Assembly: GCA_963825525.1 (NCBI GenBank) | Contig: CAWGTN010000002.1 | Location: forward strand, 1,280,001-1,344,000 | From: an uncultured Chloroflexia bacterium | GTDB lineage: Bacteria; Chloroflexota; Limnocylindria; QHBO01 | Direction of reading: 5' to 3' | Length of the DNA stretch: 64,000 nt | Shown here: positions 43,134 to 55,997 of the stretch, in pieces | How positions within the stretch are numbered: the stretch's first letter is position 1 | Layout of the letters: the number at the start of each line of letters is the position of its first letter | The notes under the pieces: model-generated | Database searches by the model: none | The model's input: only the letters and a program-made list of their open reading frames with translations | Told to the model about the DNA's origin: nothing | Position numbers and translations under genes: made by a program

Positions 43134-46100
43134 GTGGGGAAACGTCCAAACGTGCCGAATACCTACCCGAGCAACTCCCCGTGGCCGCGCCGAGCCCGTC
43201 GCTCCAGCGCCGCACTTGTCCTCATCGGCGTGTTTGTCGTCACCCTGTTCATCGCCAACGCGCCGGCTCAGGCTGCACGACCCAAGCCGACCCCGACGCC
43301 GACGCCGACGAACTGCATCCTTGCCCCCGCGCTTCGGGATGTCACCGTCAACCAGGGCGTCGGCACCTACTCGCCCCTGGTGCGCGGCAAGGAGACCCTC
43401 GTACGGGCATACCTGAGCAAGCCGGCCTGCGCCTCGTCATCGGACGTGATCGAGCTCACCGGAGCAAGCCTGGCAGTGACTGCCGCCGGGGTCACCACCA
43501 CGATCGCCCAGCCCACGCCCGTGGTCCCGACGAATCCATCACCTCAGCTCGCGGCGTACTCCGTGGCAGCCCTCGCCGACTCGACGGCTGACCCGTTGTG
43601 GGTCGTCCCCGGTTCATTGCTCGCGCCCGCCGGCACGCTGGCGCGCTTCACCGCGACGTTCTCCATGACGATCAGCTACCGCGTCGGCGGGACGACGCAG
43701 TCCGCGACGTTCACGACCAGGACCGGCTCCTCCACCCCGATCACGGCCACGGTCGAGAAGCAGACGAACGCATTTCGCGTCCTGGTCGTGCCGATGGGCA
43801 ACGCTCGGCAACCGTTCGCCGAGACGTACACCTCCGCGGGCGATGCCGCGCTCCAGGCAGCCATGCTCACGGTCTCTCGCATCTTCCCGGTTCCGGACGG
43901 CGTCGGATCGCTGACCGGCACCACCGGCGGGCTGCGCTACTCGGTGTCGCCGGGGATGCTGGACCTCTCGGATCTCCTGGGCAGCGATGGCCGGTTCTGC
44001 GGAACAGGCGGATCGTCGGGCAACTTCAATGCCATCAAGGCCTCGCTCGGGCAGTTCCTCCAGTCGTGGAACGCGGCCAACGGACCGGACCACCAGGCTG
44101 ATCGGGTGCTCGGTGTGGTCGATGGCTCGTTCAGCAACGGGTCGAGCGCCGGCTGCGCCGAGGGCATGGCGGCCATCGATTCCACCGAAGCCTGGATCCG
44201 TGCCGTGCCCGAGGCAAGCGGCGCACCGTCCCAGAGCGGCCTCGTGGCGGCGCTCGAGCTGGGGCACACGTTCGGATTGGTCCCTGACGCTCGGGATGAT
44301 CTGTTCAGCCGCTATCACTCGCCGAATCCCTTCGCCGATCCGCTGCGGCAGAACCGGAGCTACAACACGCGGCTGCGGACCCTGCTCTACGAGGACCGCA
44401 CCTCGATGACCTACGTGAGCGCGGCGAACAACAACAACACCCTGCTCGAGCAGGCGGACTGGGCGTACCTGATCTGCAAGCTGGGTGGTGCGACGAACGC
44501 CGAGTGCCCGACCCAGTCCGTCCCCGTTGGATCCGGTGCCGGCGTCGCGGCCGGCCCGCGATTCGTGATCTCTGGAGTGACTGACGGCACGGCGGCCGGC
44601 ACGAATGTCCTGGAGTCGTTCTTCAGTGCCGACATGCTGCCGACCGCCGAGGATCCGGCCTCGCCGTACCGACTCGTGTACCTGCTCGGGAACACCGTCC
44701 TCAGAGACATCGGGGTGCCGACGACGGACGAGGACTCCGCGCACGACCACGAGGGCGACGCGCACGAGGATCCCGGGCTTTCACTGTTCTCTGCCGCCTT
44801 CGACTTCAGCGAGGGCGCGGACCGCATCGAGCTTCGATCGGGAAGCGTGGTCCTGTACGCGCGTGACCGCAACGAGGTTCCGAGCCTCGACAGCCTCACC
44901 GTGGTCGGTGGGGCTGATGGCGCCCAGAACTACACCAACAATCCCTCGCTCGAGGACATCGAGCCGGCGATCAGCGCCGACGGACAGTGGGTCGCCTGGG
45001 CCGCGTACGTCGACACCGAGGGCGGATTCGACTACAGCGTTCGCGTCGCGCCGGTCGGCGATTCCGAATCAGCCACCGTCCTGGACGACGGCGAGATCGA
45101 CATCCCGTCATTCCAGCCAGCCTGGTGCTCGGACGGCGATCGGCTGGCCTACGCCGATGATGGCGGCGACCTCTGGATCGTCGACGTGGACACCAGCGAA
45201 GTCCCGGTCAGCTTCGGCTCGCCCGAGCTTCTCTACAGCGGGGACTTCTTCGAGGGCCCACCCGGCGCGAGCCACCCGACGTGGTCACCCGATTGCTCAC
45301 AGCTCGCCTTCGAGGCCGATGACGACATCTGGCGCATCGACGCCGAGGGCTCGGACCTGGTCGCCCTCACCGACGACGACCTGTCGCACGACCCGAGCTG
45401 GTCGCCGGACCCGGAGGACAACCGAATCGCCTTCGCCCGCGACTTCGAGGGCGAGGCGTTCGCCGGCCCGACCCTGGCCTCATTCGTGGAGCCTGGGCGC
45501 GGCCGGATGAAGACGCTGGCGTCGCATCTCGGTGTCCACTTCGTCGTCAACTCGACGGACGACGTTGACACGGCAACCTGTGATGCGACCCACTGCTCAC
45601 TGCGGGAGGCGATCACGGCCGCGAACGGCACCGCCAATGTCGACGGGCCAGACGTCATCGAGTTCAACATTCCGGGCACAGGGCCGCACACGATCTCACC
45701 CGACAGTGCACTGCCCGCCATCACCGACGACGTGCTCATCGACGGCACAACGGAACCGGACTACGCCGGTACGCCAGCGATCGAGATCGACGGATCGAGC
45801 GCGGGCGAGGCGGTCAGCGGCCTCCTGATCGGCTCGGCGACGACCGGCGTCACCATCCGAGGGCTCGCCGTGAACCGCTTCGACGGTGACGGCATGGTGA
45901 TCTCCGGCGACGGAGCCGCAATCGAGGGCAGCTACATCGGGCTCGGGACCGATGGCAGCACCGCGGCCGGGAACGGCGGTCGCGGCATCTTCGCGCCCGG
46001 CGCCCAGGACCTGCGCATCGGCGTTGGAGCGGACGTCGGAACCGGAAACGTCATCTCCGGCAACGGCGGGCACGGGATCTACATCCTTGGCGGCACGGCC

Positions 46101-49100
46101 CTCGACCCGGTGACCGGGACGGTCATCGGCGGCAATCTCATCGGGACCGACGCGGCAGGCACCACCGCCGTGGGCAACAGCCTGTACGGGCTGTTCCTCG
46201 CCGAATTCACCCAGGGTGCCCAGGTCGGCGGCCTCACGGCGGCCACGCGCAACGTGATCTCCGGAAACATCTTCGGGGTGGTCATCGCCGGCGCCGGGAC
46301 GAACGCGAACGTGCTCGAGGGGAACTACATCGGCACCGACACCACCGGCGCACTCGGCCTCGGGAACACTTCGACGGGCATCGAGATCACCGGGTCGGGC
46401 GGCAACTTCATCGGCGGCGGCGCCGCGGGGGCGGGCAACGTCATCAGCGGGAACGGCGGCAAGGGCATCCGCATCACGGGGAGCGCCTACAACAACCAGA
46501 TCTATGGCAACCGCATCGGCACCGACGGCACCGGCGAGGTCGCCGTCGGCAATGCGAGCGATGGGATCGCTCTCGACGGCGCCGAGGAGACGCGGGTGGG
46601 GGGCGCCTCGACCCAGAACATCATCGCCTTCAACGGAGAGGCCGGAATCCGCGTCATCGACGGTACCGGCAACACGTTCCGCGCCAACAGCATTCATGAC
46701 AACGCGACCCTCGGCATCGACATCGGAGCGGAGGGCGTGACGCCCAACGACCCGGATGACGCGGACAGCGGAGCGAACGACCTCCAGAACTTCCCGGTCA
46801 TCACCAGCGCCGTCGACGATGGGTCGTCGGTCACGGTCGAGGGCACGATCGACAGCGTCCCGGACGCCACGATCACCGTCGACCTCTACGTCAGCAGCGG
46901 CTGCGACGGAAGTGGCAACGGTGAAGGCACAACGTACCTTGGCGAGGTGCTTGCCAACACGGATGCGTCGGGAGATGCGACCTTCAGTCGCGCCGGCCTG
47001 AGCGCATCGATCGGCGAGGTGATCACCGCCACCGGCAGCGAGGGGGACGGCAATAGCACGTCCGAGTTCTCGGCCTGCTTTACCGTCACCGGTCCGGCGA
47101 CCCCGACATTCACGGTGAACACCGCCGATGACCACGACGACGGCGAGTGCACGACGGCCGACTGCAGCCTGCGCGAGGCGATCGATCGCGCCAACGCGGA
47201 GCCCGGCATCGACACGATCTCCTTCGAGATCGGTTTGGGCGGCGCTCAGACGATCACCGTGACCGAGGTTGACCTGCCGGAGGTCACCGAGACCGTGATC
47301 ATCGACGGCGAGACCCAGGCCGGCTTCGACGCCGAGCCGCTCATCCGGATCGACGGCGGCGAGGATGTCGAACTCGGGCTGGTGGTCGCGTCGCCCGCCG
47401 CCGATACCGTCATTCGCGGCCTCCTGGTCACCGGCTTCACAGGCAACGGCATCGAGCTGCATGCCGCCGATACGACCCTCGAGCGAAGCTGGATCGGGGT
47501 CGACCACCTCGGTGCCGCTGCGGGCAACGGCGGCGCCGGAGCCTTCGTGAACGGCCCACGTGCCACGCTCGCCGGTAGCGTCTTCTCGGCCAACGCCGGG
47601 CACGGCCTGCTCGTCTACGCCAATGACCTGCTGCTCACCGGCAGCCGCATCGGCACCGATCCGACGGGAACCGTCGACCTGGGGAACGGCGAGGACGGCG
47701 TGCACATCGTGTTCGCCTGGGACGCGATCCTCGGCGGCCCCGGTGCCCTCGGGAACGTGATCAGCGGCAACGCGGATGATGGCGTCGAGATCAGCAACGG
47801 CGGTGAGGGCGACTCCGGCAACCATCGAGTCTGGGGCAACCTCATCGGCGTTGACGCGACCGGAACCGCGGCCCTGCCGAACGGCGGCCACGGGATCAAC
47901 CTGCGCGGCGTAGGCGAGACGTACGTCGGCGATGTGCCGAACGGCGACGACGAACCGGCGTCGAATGTCATCAGCGGGAACGCGGGATCCGGGATCTACC
48001 TGATCAGCGCTGAGTACGACCTCCAGTTCCATGGCAACCTCATCGGGACCGATGTGACCGGCACGCTGGCCATCGGCAACGGTGAATCGGGAATCTTCAT
48101 CGACCTATCCACCGACGCCAGCATCGGCGCGGGTGACGCCCAGACGCGGAACGTCATCAGCGGCAACGCGGTCGGGATCACGCTGCGCAGAACGGATTTC
48201 TCATCCTTCGTGCTCGGCAACTACATCGGCACCGATGCCTCCGGCACCGCGGCCATCCCGAACGGCATCGGCATCGTCCTCGACGCGGCGACGGACGAGC
48301 GCATCGGCGGGTTCTTCGAGGGTGACGCCAACGTCATCAGCGGCAACACCGGCGACGGCATCTATGTCGCGGGTGACGGCGAGGACGATATCGTCCGCGG
48401 ACGCGAACGACATCTGGGGCAACCTCATCGGCACCGATGTGACTGGCACGCTCCCGCTGGGCAACGGCGGCAATGGCATCACGCTCGACTTCGCGACCAA
48501 TGACAACAACATCGACGGGAATGTCATTGCAGACAACGCGGGCAACGGGATCAGCATCGTCACCTCGTACGGCAACGTGATCCAGGACAACTTCATCGGC
48601 ACAGACGCCGGACTGACAGAATCCCTGGGCAACGCGCTGGCCGGCGTGCGAATCACCGGCCCGAGCCGGGGGCAACCAGGTCGGGGCCGACCATGTCGGC
48701 ACGGCAGTCAGCTGGTCCCGGCAACGTCATCGCGCACAACGGCGGCAACGGCGTCGAGGTGCTCCAGGGCACGGGAGATCCCGGTCCCGATGCCGACTTC
48801 ACGTCGATCCTGTCGAATGCCATCTGGGACAACGGCGGGCTGGGGATCGACCTCGAGGCCGACGGTGTCACCGAGAACGACCTTGGCGACGACGACGACG
48901 CGTCGAATGACCTCAAGAACTTCCCCGATGACATCACCGCCGCGAGTGACGGCTTCGGGACGTACGGAACGATCACGACCTACTCGTCGGCATCTGCCGA
49001 GATCATCATCTTCCAGCTCTATGCGAACGACTCGTGCGACCCGAGCGGGAACGGCGAGGGCCAGCGGCTGCTCGACACGTACGTTACGACCGCGAACGCC

Positions 49101-50552
49101 GACGGCTTCGCCGAGGCCGGCTTCTTCCTCTCCGAGGACCTCGCCGGCCAGTACCTGACCGCAACGGTGGCCGACAACCAGGGACAGACGTCCGAGTTCT
49201 CCGATTGCTTCCTCGTCACCTTCGACTCCGGCGAGCCCGATCGCGAGATCTACCTGCTTGACCCGGTCGAGGATGGGGACATCGAGTACGTGACCGACGG
49301 CGACGAGCCGTTCTGGGGTGATGGCGGAATCCTCTACACCCTGGCCGGCGGCATCCGGAACATCCAGCCCGATGCAAGCGGTGACGAGCAGATCACCGAT
49401 GGCTCGGACCACGCCTCGCCGACCAGCGGGGGCGGGGTCATCGGCTACTCGGCATCCGGCGAGGGAGACGCGGAGATCTTCCTGATCACCTCGGCCAACC
49501 TCATCCTCGTGTCGGCAACCGACGATCAGCCGGAGGACCTGCGGCTCGATCTGTACTACTCGTGCGGTGGCCAGGTCATGCCGATTGCCGTGGGCCTGCT
49601 GCCGGCGCAGAGCAGCGGACAGACGGCCAGCTTCCAGTACAACTTCGACTCGAGCCTGAGCTGCTCGGGCGGCGAGATCCTTGCCGCATTGACCGATGGG
49701 TTCTCGCGCGCGGTCACACCGAACGGTGCCGGCGAGCCGGTCTCAGCGACCAGGAAGCCGCCGGTGGCCGCCACCTATGGGCCGCCCCTCGGTTCGACGT
49801 ATCTGACGTCGGACGTGATCCCGTTCCACGGGGCAGGTGAGGATGCCGATGACGGTCCCCTCGTGGGCGATAGCCTCGAGTGGTTCATTCGGCCGGAAGC
49901 CGATCCGTGCTGTGGGACGTTCGTCGGCACCGGTGAGCAGGTCGATCTTGCCGCGGCCACCCTTGCGCCGGGCGACTACATCGTCACGCTGGTGGTCACC
50001 GACAGCGACGGCGAGTCCGACAGCGCCGAGTCGCTCATCCACGTTCTCAAGGACACCGACAACGACGGCTTCAGCGACGCCGACGAGTCGACGACGACGT
50101 GCCTCGGAGCCAGTGCGGCGACCGACGGCAGCACGCCGTCGGGTGACGCCGACTCCGACGGAATCCCGAACGGCAGCGACCCGGAGCCTTGTGTCCGGGC
50201 CGCGGTCGACGTGCAGGCGACCGCCGACTTCGATCCCGAGATCTTCAGCATCAAGACGAACGGCACGTGGGTCACGATCTACATCCGCACGCCGGGTCGC
50301 GATATCCGGCAGGTCATCCCGTCGTCGGTGCGCATCGTCGAAATCGCGGGGGCGACGGTGAACATGGCGAACGAGGGGATCTCGTATCGCGGCGACGAGA
50401 TCGTGGCCAAGTTCCGTCGCTCGACCCTCGCCGAATACTTCATATCCCGCGGGATCAGGAACGGCAACGTCCTGATCACGGTCCGTGGAACCTCGAACAC
50501 TGCCCCGTCGTGGAGCTTCGAGGCCAGCGACACGACCCTGGTCAAACCCTAA
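43134..50552 (+). CDS. Giant secreted/surface protein of about 2,450 aa (zincin-like domain, PD40 propeller, two CSLREA plus beta-helix modules, Ig/PKD-like domains, acidic Ca-binding repeats); frameshifts near 48390, 48670 and 48710
   Basis: Signal-like hydrophobic N-terminus; LELGH; EPAISADG, QPAWCSDG, HPTWSPD, DPSWSPD; two CSLREAI; many NVISGN and GNxIGTD repeats that continue across frames; DTDNDG and DSDG. Confidence 0.85.
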
Positions 50553-50565
50553 GGAGGTGCCTTCA

Positions 50566-51021
50566 ATGCGTAAATTCTTCACCGCCACCGCCACGGCCGG
50601 GCTGCTGCTCGGTGCGATGGCAATGCCGGTTGCCGCCGCAGGGCCTGCCTGCTCGCAATTCATCTCCCAGAACGCCAATGGGACGCCAAGCAGTGCCGCC
50701 TACTACGGCGAAGAGGACCGCGTCATTGGACGATTCTTCCTCGCCGGGAACGCCTGCAAGCAGGTCACGTACACCATGTACGTCCTCGACAACGAGGGCG
50801 ACTCCGCACCGATCGCGATTGCATCGGTGACGGGTGACTCGTCAGCGAACGAGGCGTTCGTCATCATCGAAGCGACGGATGTCGTTTCGGCCGACGCCGA
50901 CGTCTGTGTCTACATCACGGCCACGATCGGCAAGCAGAAGGTCACCGATCGGGCGCCCGACGACGGCTGCGTCCCCCTCCCTGACGACGGATCCACCCCG
51001 GGCGGGGGCAAGGGCTTCTGA
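50566..51021 (+). CDS. Small secreted protein with four Cys
   Basis: AAGGAGG RBS overlapping the upstream stop; signal peptide MRKFF...PVAAA. Confidence 0.85.
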   Translation: MRKFFTATATAGLLLGAMAMPVAAAGPACSQFISQNANGTPSSAAYYGEEDRVIGRFFLAGNACKQVTYTMYVLDNEGDSAPIAIASVTGDSSANEAFVIIEATDVVSADADVCVYITATIGKQKVTDRAPDDGCVPLPDDGSTPGGGKGF

Positions 51022-51023
51022 CC

Positions 51024-54000
51024 CTAGGCGTCCTCGACGCCGGACAGCTCAACCACCCGGGCGGCCGATTCGGTCGCCCGGGTCTCGTTTCCCGCCGCTC
51101 GCCAGGCGCGCTCTGCCAGCTCGAATGCCTCTGCCGCGCCGGGACGCGCATCGGCGGCCAGGAACAGCTCGGCCGATGACTCGGCCAGTCGGGCAGCCTC
51201 GTCGAAATCGCCGCGCGCCAGGCTGATCTCGCCCAGGATCTGGACCGAGTCGGCGCGCGTCATGGCATGGTCGATCTCCTCGGCCAGGTCATGGGCACGC
51301 TGCGCATACTCCGTGGCCTCGTCGAGCACGTCAGCGCGCCGCAGCTTGTCGGCGAGGTTCGCGTAGCCGATCGCCCGGCCGGCCCCGTGCCGCACGCGTT
51401 CGAACGTCGCGATCGCCTGCCGGTCGCAGATGATCGCCTCGTCCATGTTGCCCCGGTCCCGCTCGACCAGGCCCAGGTTGATGAGCGCCCCGCCGATCGC
51501 CTCCACGCTGCCGATCCGGCGCGCCAGCTCCAGGTCACGTCGCAATGAGGCGGCGGCGTCCTCCAGGCGACCCAGGCTCTGCTGGATGAGGCCCAGCACG
51601 CGGAGCACCGTCGTCTCGGCACGCAGGTCGGCGTGCTCGTGCGCGATGAGCAGCGCACGCTCCGCGTGCTCCAGGGCAGGGAGCAGGGATCCGGCGTACG
51701 ACTCGGCGCGCGCAAGCTCGATGAGCAGCTGCCCGGCCACCGGATCCGAGGCGTCGGGTGCCACCGCGATGCCCTTCTCGAGCGCGGCGATCGCGTCGCC
51801 CATCGCCTCGGCCGAGGTGAGGTTCCAGCCCCGCTCCAGCCACAGCGGCCGGAGGTCCGCATCGGCCAGGTCCGGATGGACGAACGCTTCGTCGAGCACC
51901 CGCATCGCCGCGTGATAGGCGCCGCGCGTCCGATGGACGGACGCCAGCCCGCGCCACGCTCGCACGTCGGGACCCTGTTCGAGAGCGCGCTGGTACGTCC
52001 CCTGGGCATCCTCGTACGCACCGACCAGCTCCTGGAGGTCGCCCAGCTCGAGCCGGATCTCGAGCAGCCGGTCCGATGGCTCCGGTCCGGATGCCAGCTC
52101 CTCGGCGCGGCGCAGGTGAATGATCGCCTCCTCGTTCGCGAAGAGGCGCTTGGCGCGCGTCGCGGCGCGCATGAGGAACTCGACCGCGCGCGGTCCCGCC
52201 CCGCCAAGGTAGAGGTGCCGGGCCAACAGCTCGATGCTGTCATCGCTCGTCCCGTACATCTCCTCCGCCGCCTCGGCGGTCCGGCGATGCAGCTCGCGTC
52301 GCCGTCGGCGCAGGAGACGCCCGTATGCCACGTCACCGATCAACGCGTGGTGGAACATCACGATCCGATCCGGACCGCCCCCGTCGACAGTGAGCGGGTC
52401 GAGCAGGCCGGCCCCGAGCAGCTCATCGAGGTCGGATGCAACCTGCTGCGCGTCCCCGGCAACGCGCTCGAGCAGCGGGACGGCAACGCGTCGGCCGATC
52501 ACGGACGCCACGGCCAGGGTCGCCTGGGCGGACGACCCGAGCGCATCCAGCCGAACGGCCAGGACGCCCTCGATGGTCGCCGGCACCTCCGAGGCATTCC
52601 ATTCGGAGCGCAGGCTCCACGCACCGGCTTCGTCGCGGTGGAGGGTCCCCGCATCCTGGAGGGATCGCACGATCTCCTGGGCAAAGAACGGGTTGCCGGC
52701 GGACCGTTCGAAGATCATCTCGGCCAGCCCTGGAGGGGCTGCGTCGCCGATGACGTGATCGACCAGCTGCCCGATGGCCGCGGAATCGAGCTGACCGACG
52801 TCGATGATGACCGTCTCCGGGTGTCCCTCGGTTGAAGCCAGCCATCCGGGTACGGGGGGCCGGCTCGTGACGTAGGTCCCGACCGCCACCTCGGCTCCGA
52901 GCGTCGTGAGCTCATCGATGAGGCCCACGCTCGATGCATCGGCCCAGTGGGCGTCCTCGATCGCGAGCATCACCGGAGCCGCCGCGGCGCGGGCCGCGAG
53001 CCACGAGCGCACCGCATCGTGCAGGCCGCGTCGCAGCGCCTCGGGCTCGAGGTCGTCCAGCTCCCCATGCGCAGACAGTCCGATGAGCCGCCCCACGTAC
53101 GGCGCCGCGGACCGGGACGCCGAGCGCCAGCATGCGCGGTCTGGATGCGAGCGGCGGCATCCTCGCCGCCCTCGTCCGGGCCGATGCCCAGCTCGCGGCG
53201 CAACAGGTCGGCAAAGGGCCAGTAGGCGAGGCCTGCCCCGTACGACACGCAGCGTGCCTCGATCCAATCGATCCCGCGCTCGACCGCCGATCGGCGAATC
53301 TCCTCCGTCAGGCGCGACTTTCCGACCCCCGGCTCGCCGACCAGGCCCAGGAACCCCGTGCCGGACCCTCCGGCCAGCCGCTCGAGCGTCGACCTCGCCA
53401 GGTCCAGCTCCCGGTCGCGCCCGACCAGCGGGGCGTGGCGTCGACCCACCAGCCCGGACCGCTGGTCGGCCGCGTCCCGCACGCCCATCAGCCGCCACGC
53501 CGGCACCGGTTCCGCCTTGCCCTTCAAGGTCAGCGGCGGCACCGGGACCATCTCGAATCGGTCCTGGGCGAGCTCATAGGTGGCCTGGCTGACGTAGGTC
53601 TGCCCGGATGGGGTGGCCGACTCTAGTCGCTGCGCGAGGATCACCGAGTCGCCCAGGACGGCGTAGTCCATCCGCACCTTGCTGCCGATCATGCGCGCGA
53701 TCCCGCGTCCCGACGCGATGCCGATGTGGAGCGTCAAACCCTCGCCGTTCTCGCCCATCGTCTCCCGCAGCCGCGCCAGATCGCGATGCATCTCGATCGA
53801 GACCTGGATGGCTCGCGTGGCGTCGTCCTCGTGCGCGATCGGAGCACCGAACAGGGCAAGGAGCGCATCGCCCGCAAACTTCTCGACGTAACCGCCGTAC
53901 CTGCCCACGAGATCCGAGAGTGCCGTGATGATCGGGTCGATCACCTCCAGCAGTTCTTCGGCATCGAGCTTCTCCGAGAGCGGAGTGAATCCCGAGAGGT

Positions 54001-54265
54001 CGGCGAACATCGCGGTGATCAGGCGCCGCTCCTCGGTCATGCCCGCGCCGGTCGGGTCGATGCGGTCTGACGCGAACGCCGTGAGCGCGGCCTCGCGCTC
54101 GTCCTCCGGTTCGGGTGCTGGAGCGGCCAGCGGCTTCGCGACGGGCTCCGTGGCATCGTGCGCCGGCGTCGGCGAGGTGGCGGCCACGGGCGTGCCGCAA
54201 TGCCCGCAGAAGCGCATCCCCTCCGGATTCTCGCCACCGCACGATGCGCACTGCCAGACCGCCAT
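51024..54265 (-). CDS. Zinc ribbon-class III nucleotidyl cyclase-STAND NTPase-TPR protein (frameshifts near 53070-53140)
   Basis: CASCG..FCGHCG; FADLSGFT, EKFAGD; GEPGVGKS; IEDAHWAD; GNPFF; FHHALI; TPR-like helices. Confidence 0.9.
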
Positions 54266-54384
54266 GCGAGGCATCGTAGCCGCCATGGCAGGTGCGATGA
54301 CACTTCCCGGGGGAGCGGCGATGCACCCGACCGACGACGCTGACCCGCCCATCGTGCGCGCACATCGGCTACGCTCGGAGGACC

Positions 54385-55597
54385 GTGCCTCCTGCCGACA
54401 GACACAGCGAACCGCCTGGAACTGGCGAAGCGACGCCGCCAGTTGATGAAGAGCGCGACTCCGCGCTGCTGCGGGGAGAGGTCGTCTTCCGACTGCTCAT
54501 CGAGGCGGTCGTCGACTATGCGATCTTCCTGCTCGGGCCCGATGGGCGGGTGCTGACGTGGAACCTGGGTGCCCAGCGCATCAAGGGCTATGCCGCCGAG
54601 GAGATCATCGGACGTCACTTCTCCGAGTTCTACACGCCGGAAGACCGCGCGGCCGGGCGACCCCAGATGATCCTGGCGCGAGCCGCCGAGGAGGGCCGCA
54701 TTCGAGGACGAGGGGTGGCGCGTGCGCAGGGACGGGTCGCGCTTCTGGGCTGATGTCGTCATCACCGCGCTGCGTGACGGCCCCGGCTCGCCGCCGTATG
54801 CATTCACCAAGATCACCCGTGACCTGACCGAGCGTCGTAAAGCCGAGGAGCAGCGGCGGAATCTCGAGGCGGAACAACGCGCGAGGTCAGCCGCGGAAGA
54901 GGCCCTGGCGGCCCGGGATCGCTTTCTGAGCATCGCGTCACATGAGCTGAAGACACCGGTCGCCAGCCTCCAGGTATCGATTGAGGCACTCCTTCGCGCT
55001 AAGGAGCACGAGCGCCTCGACGAACGCCGTCTCGACGGCGGCCTGCGGCGCATGGCCACGGCCACGACTCGACTGGGCGAGCTCGTGAACGAGCTGCTCG
55101 ACGTCTCGCAGCTGACGTCCGGTCGCCAGACGGAGCATCGGGAGCTCACCGATCTCGTCGGGCTGGTGAATGAGACCGCCTCCCGCTTCAGGGACAGCGA
55201 CGACGACGCCCGAATCACGGTCAGGGCGCCGTCCCCCGTCCGCGCCGAGGTGGATCCCGCACGCCTCGACCAGGTTGTGACGAACCTGCTGGACAACGCG
55301 CTGAAGTATTCCCGGTCCTCGGAGCCGGTCGAGGTGGATGTCGTGGGGGGCCCACACGGCATCGAGATCCGCGTCGCCGATCGTGGGATCGGCCTGGATG
55401 CATCGATGGAGGGCAGGCTCTTCGAGGCCTTCGGGCGCGGCGCCAACGCCGAGCATTACCAGGGCCTCGGACTCGGGCTGTACATCTCGCAGCAGATCGT
55501 CGTACGCCATGGCGGTTCCATCGAGGCTCGCGGCCGCAGCGACGGACCGGGGGCGATCTTCACCGTCCACCTGCCCGACCCGGGAGGGTCGGAATGA
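54385..55597 (+). CDS. Cytoplasmic PAS sensor histidine kinase (frameshift near 54700)
   Basis: DYAIF..WNLGA.RIKGY PAS; SHELKTP; NLLDNALKY; DRGIG; GLGLGL. Confidence 0.92.
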
Positions 55598-55968
55598 GCG
55601 TCACTCGGGTCCTGGTGGTCGAGGACGACACGATCCTGCGCGAGACCCTGGCCGAGGTGATGAGCGACGAGGGCCACGAGGTCCGAAGCGCCGCCGACGG
55701 CCAGGCCGCCCTGGATGTTCTGGCTCAGTGGGAGCCGGACGTCATCCTGCTCGACCTCATGATGCCGCGCATGGACGCCGACGAATTCCGTCGACGACAG
55801 CGCGCCGATGCCCTCGCGAGCGGGGCACGCGTGCTCATCGTCTCGGCAGCCCGGGACGTCGAATCGGCCGCCGCCCGTCTCGATGCGGATGGTTGGCTGG
55901 CCAAACCGTTCCGATTGCTCGAGGTCATCGAGGCGGTCGAGCGCCTTGTCCCCGATCGGGGTGCCTGA
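55594..55968 (+). CDS. Single-domain response regulator
   Basis: VLVVEDD, LLDLMMP, KPF. Confidence 0.93.
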   Translation: MSVTRVLVVEDDTILRETLAEVMSDEGHEVRSAADGQAALDVLAQWEPDVILLDLMMPRMDADEFRRRQRADALASGARVLIVSAARDVESAAARLDADGWLAKPFRLLEVIEAVERLVPDRGA

Positions 55969-55997
55969 GCTCGTTCGCCGGGGGATAATGCTGGCCC

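Noticed and set aside
45540-49220. Recurring AACGTCATCAGCGGCAAC-like sequences as a CRISPR or DNA repeat array
   Set aside because: In-frame codons for NVISGN beta-helix repeats with synonymous variation and irregular spacing; no cas genes
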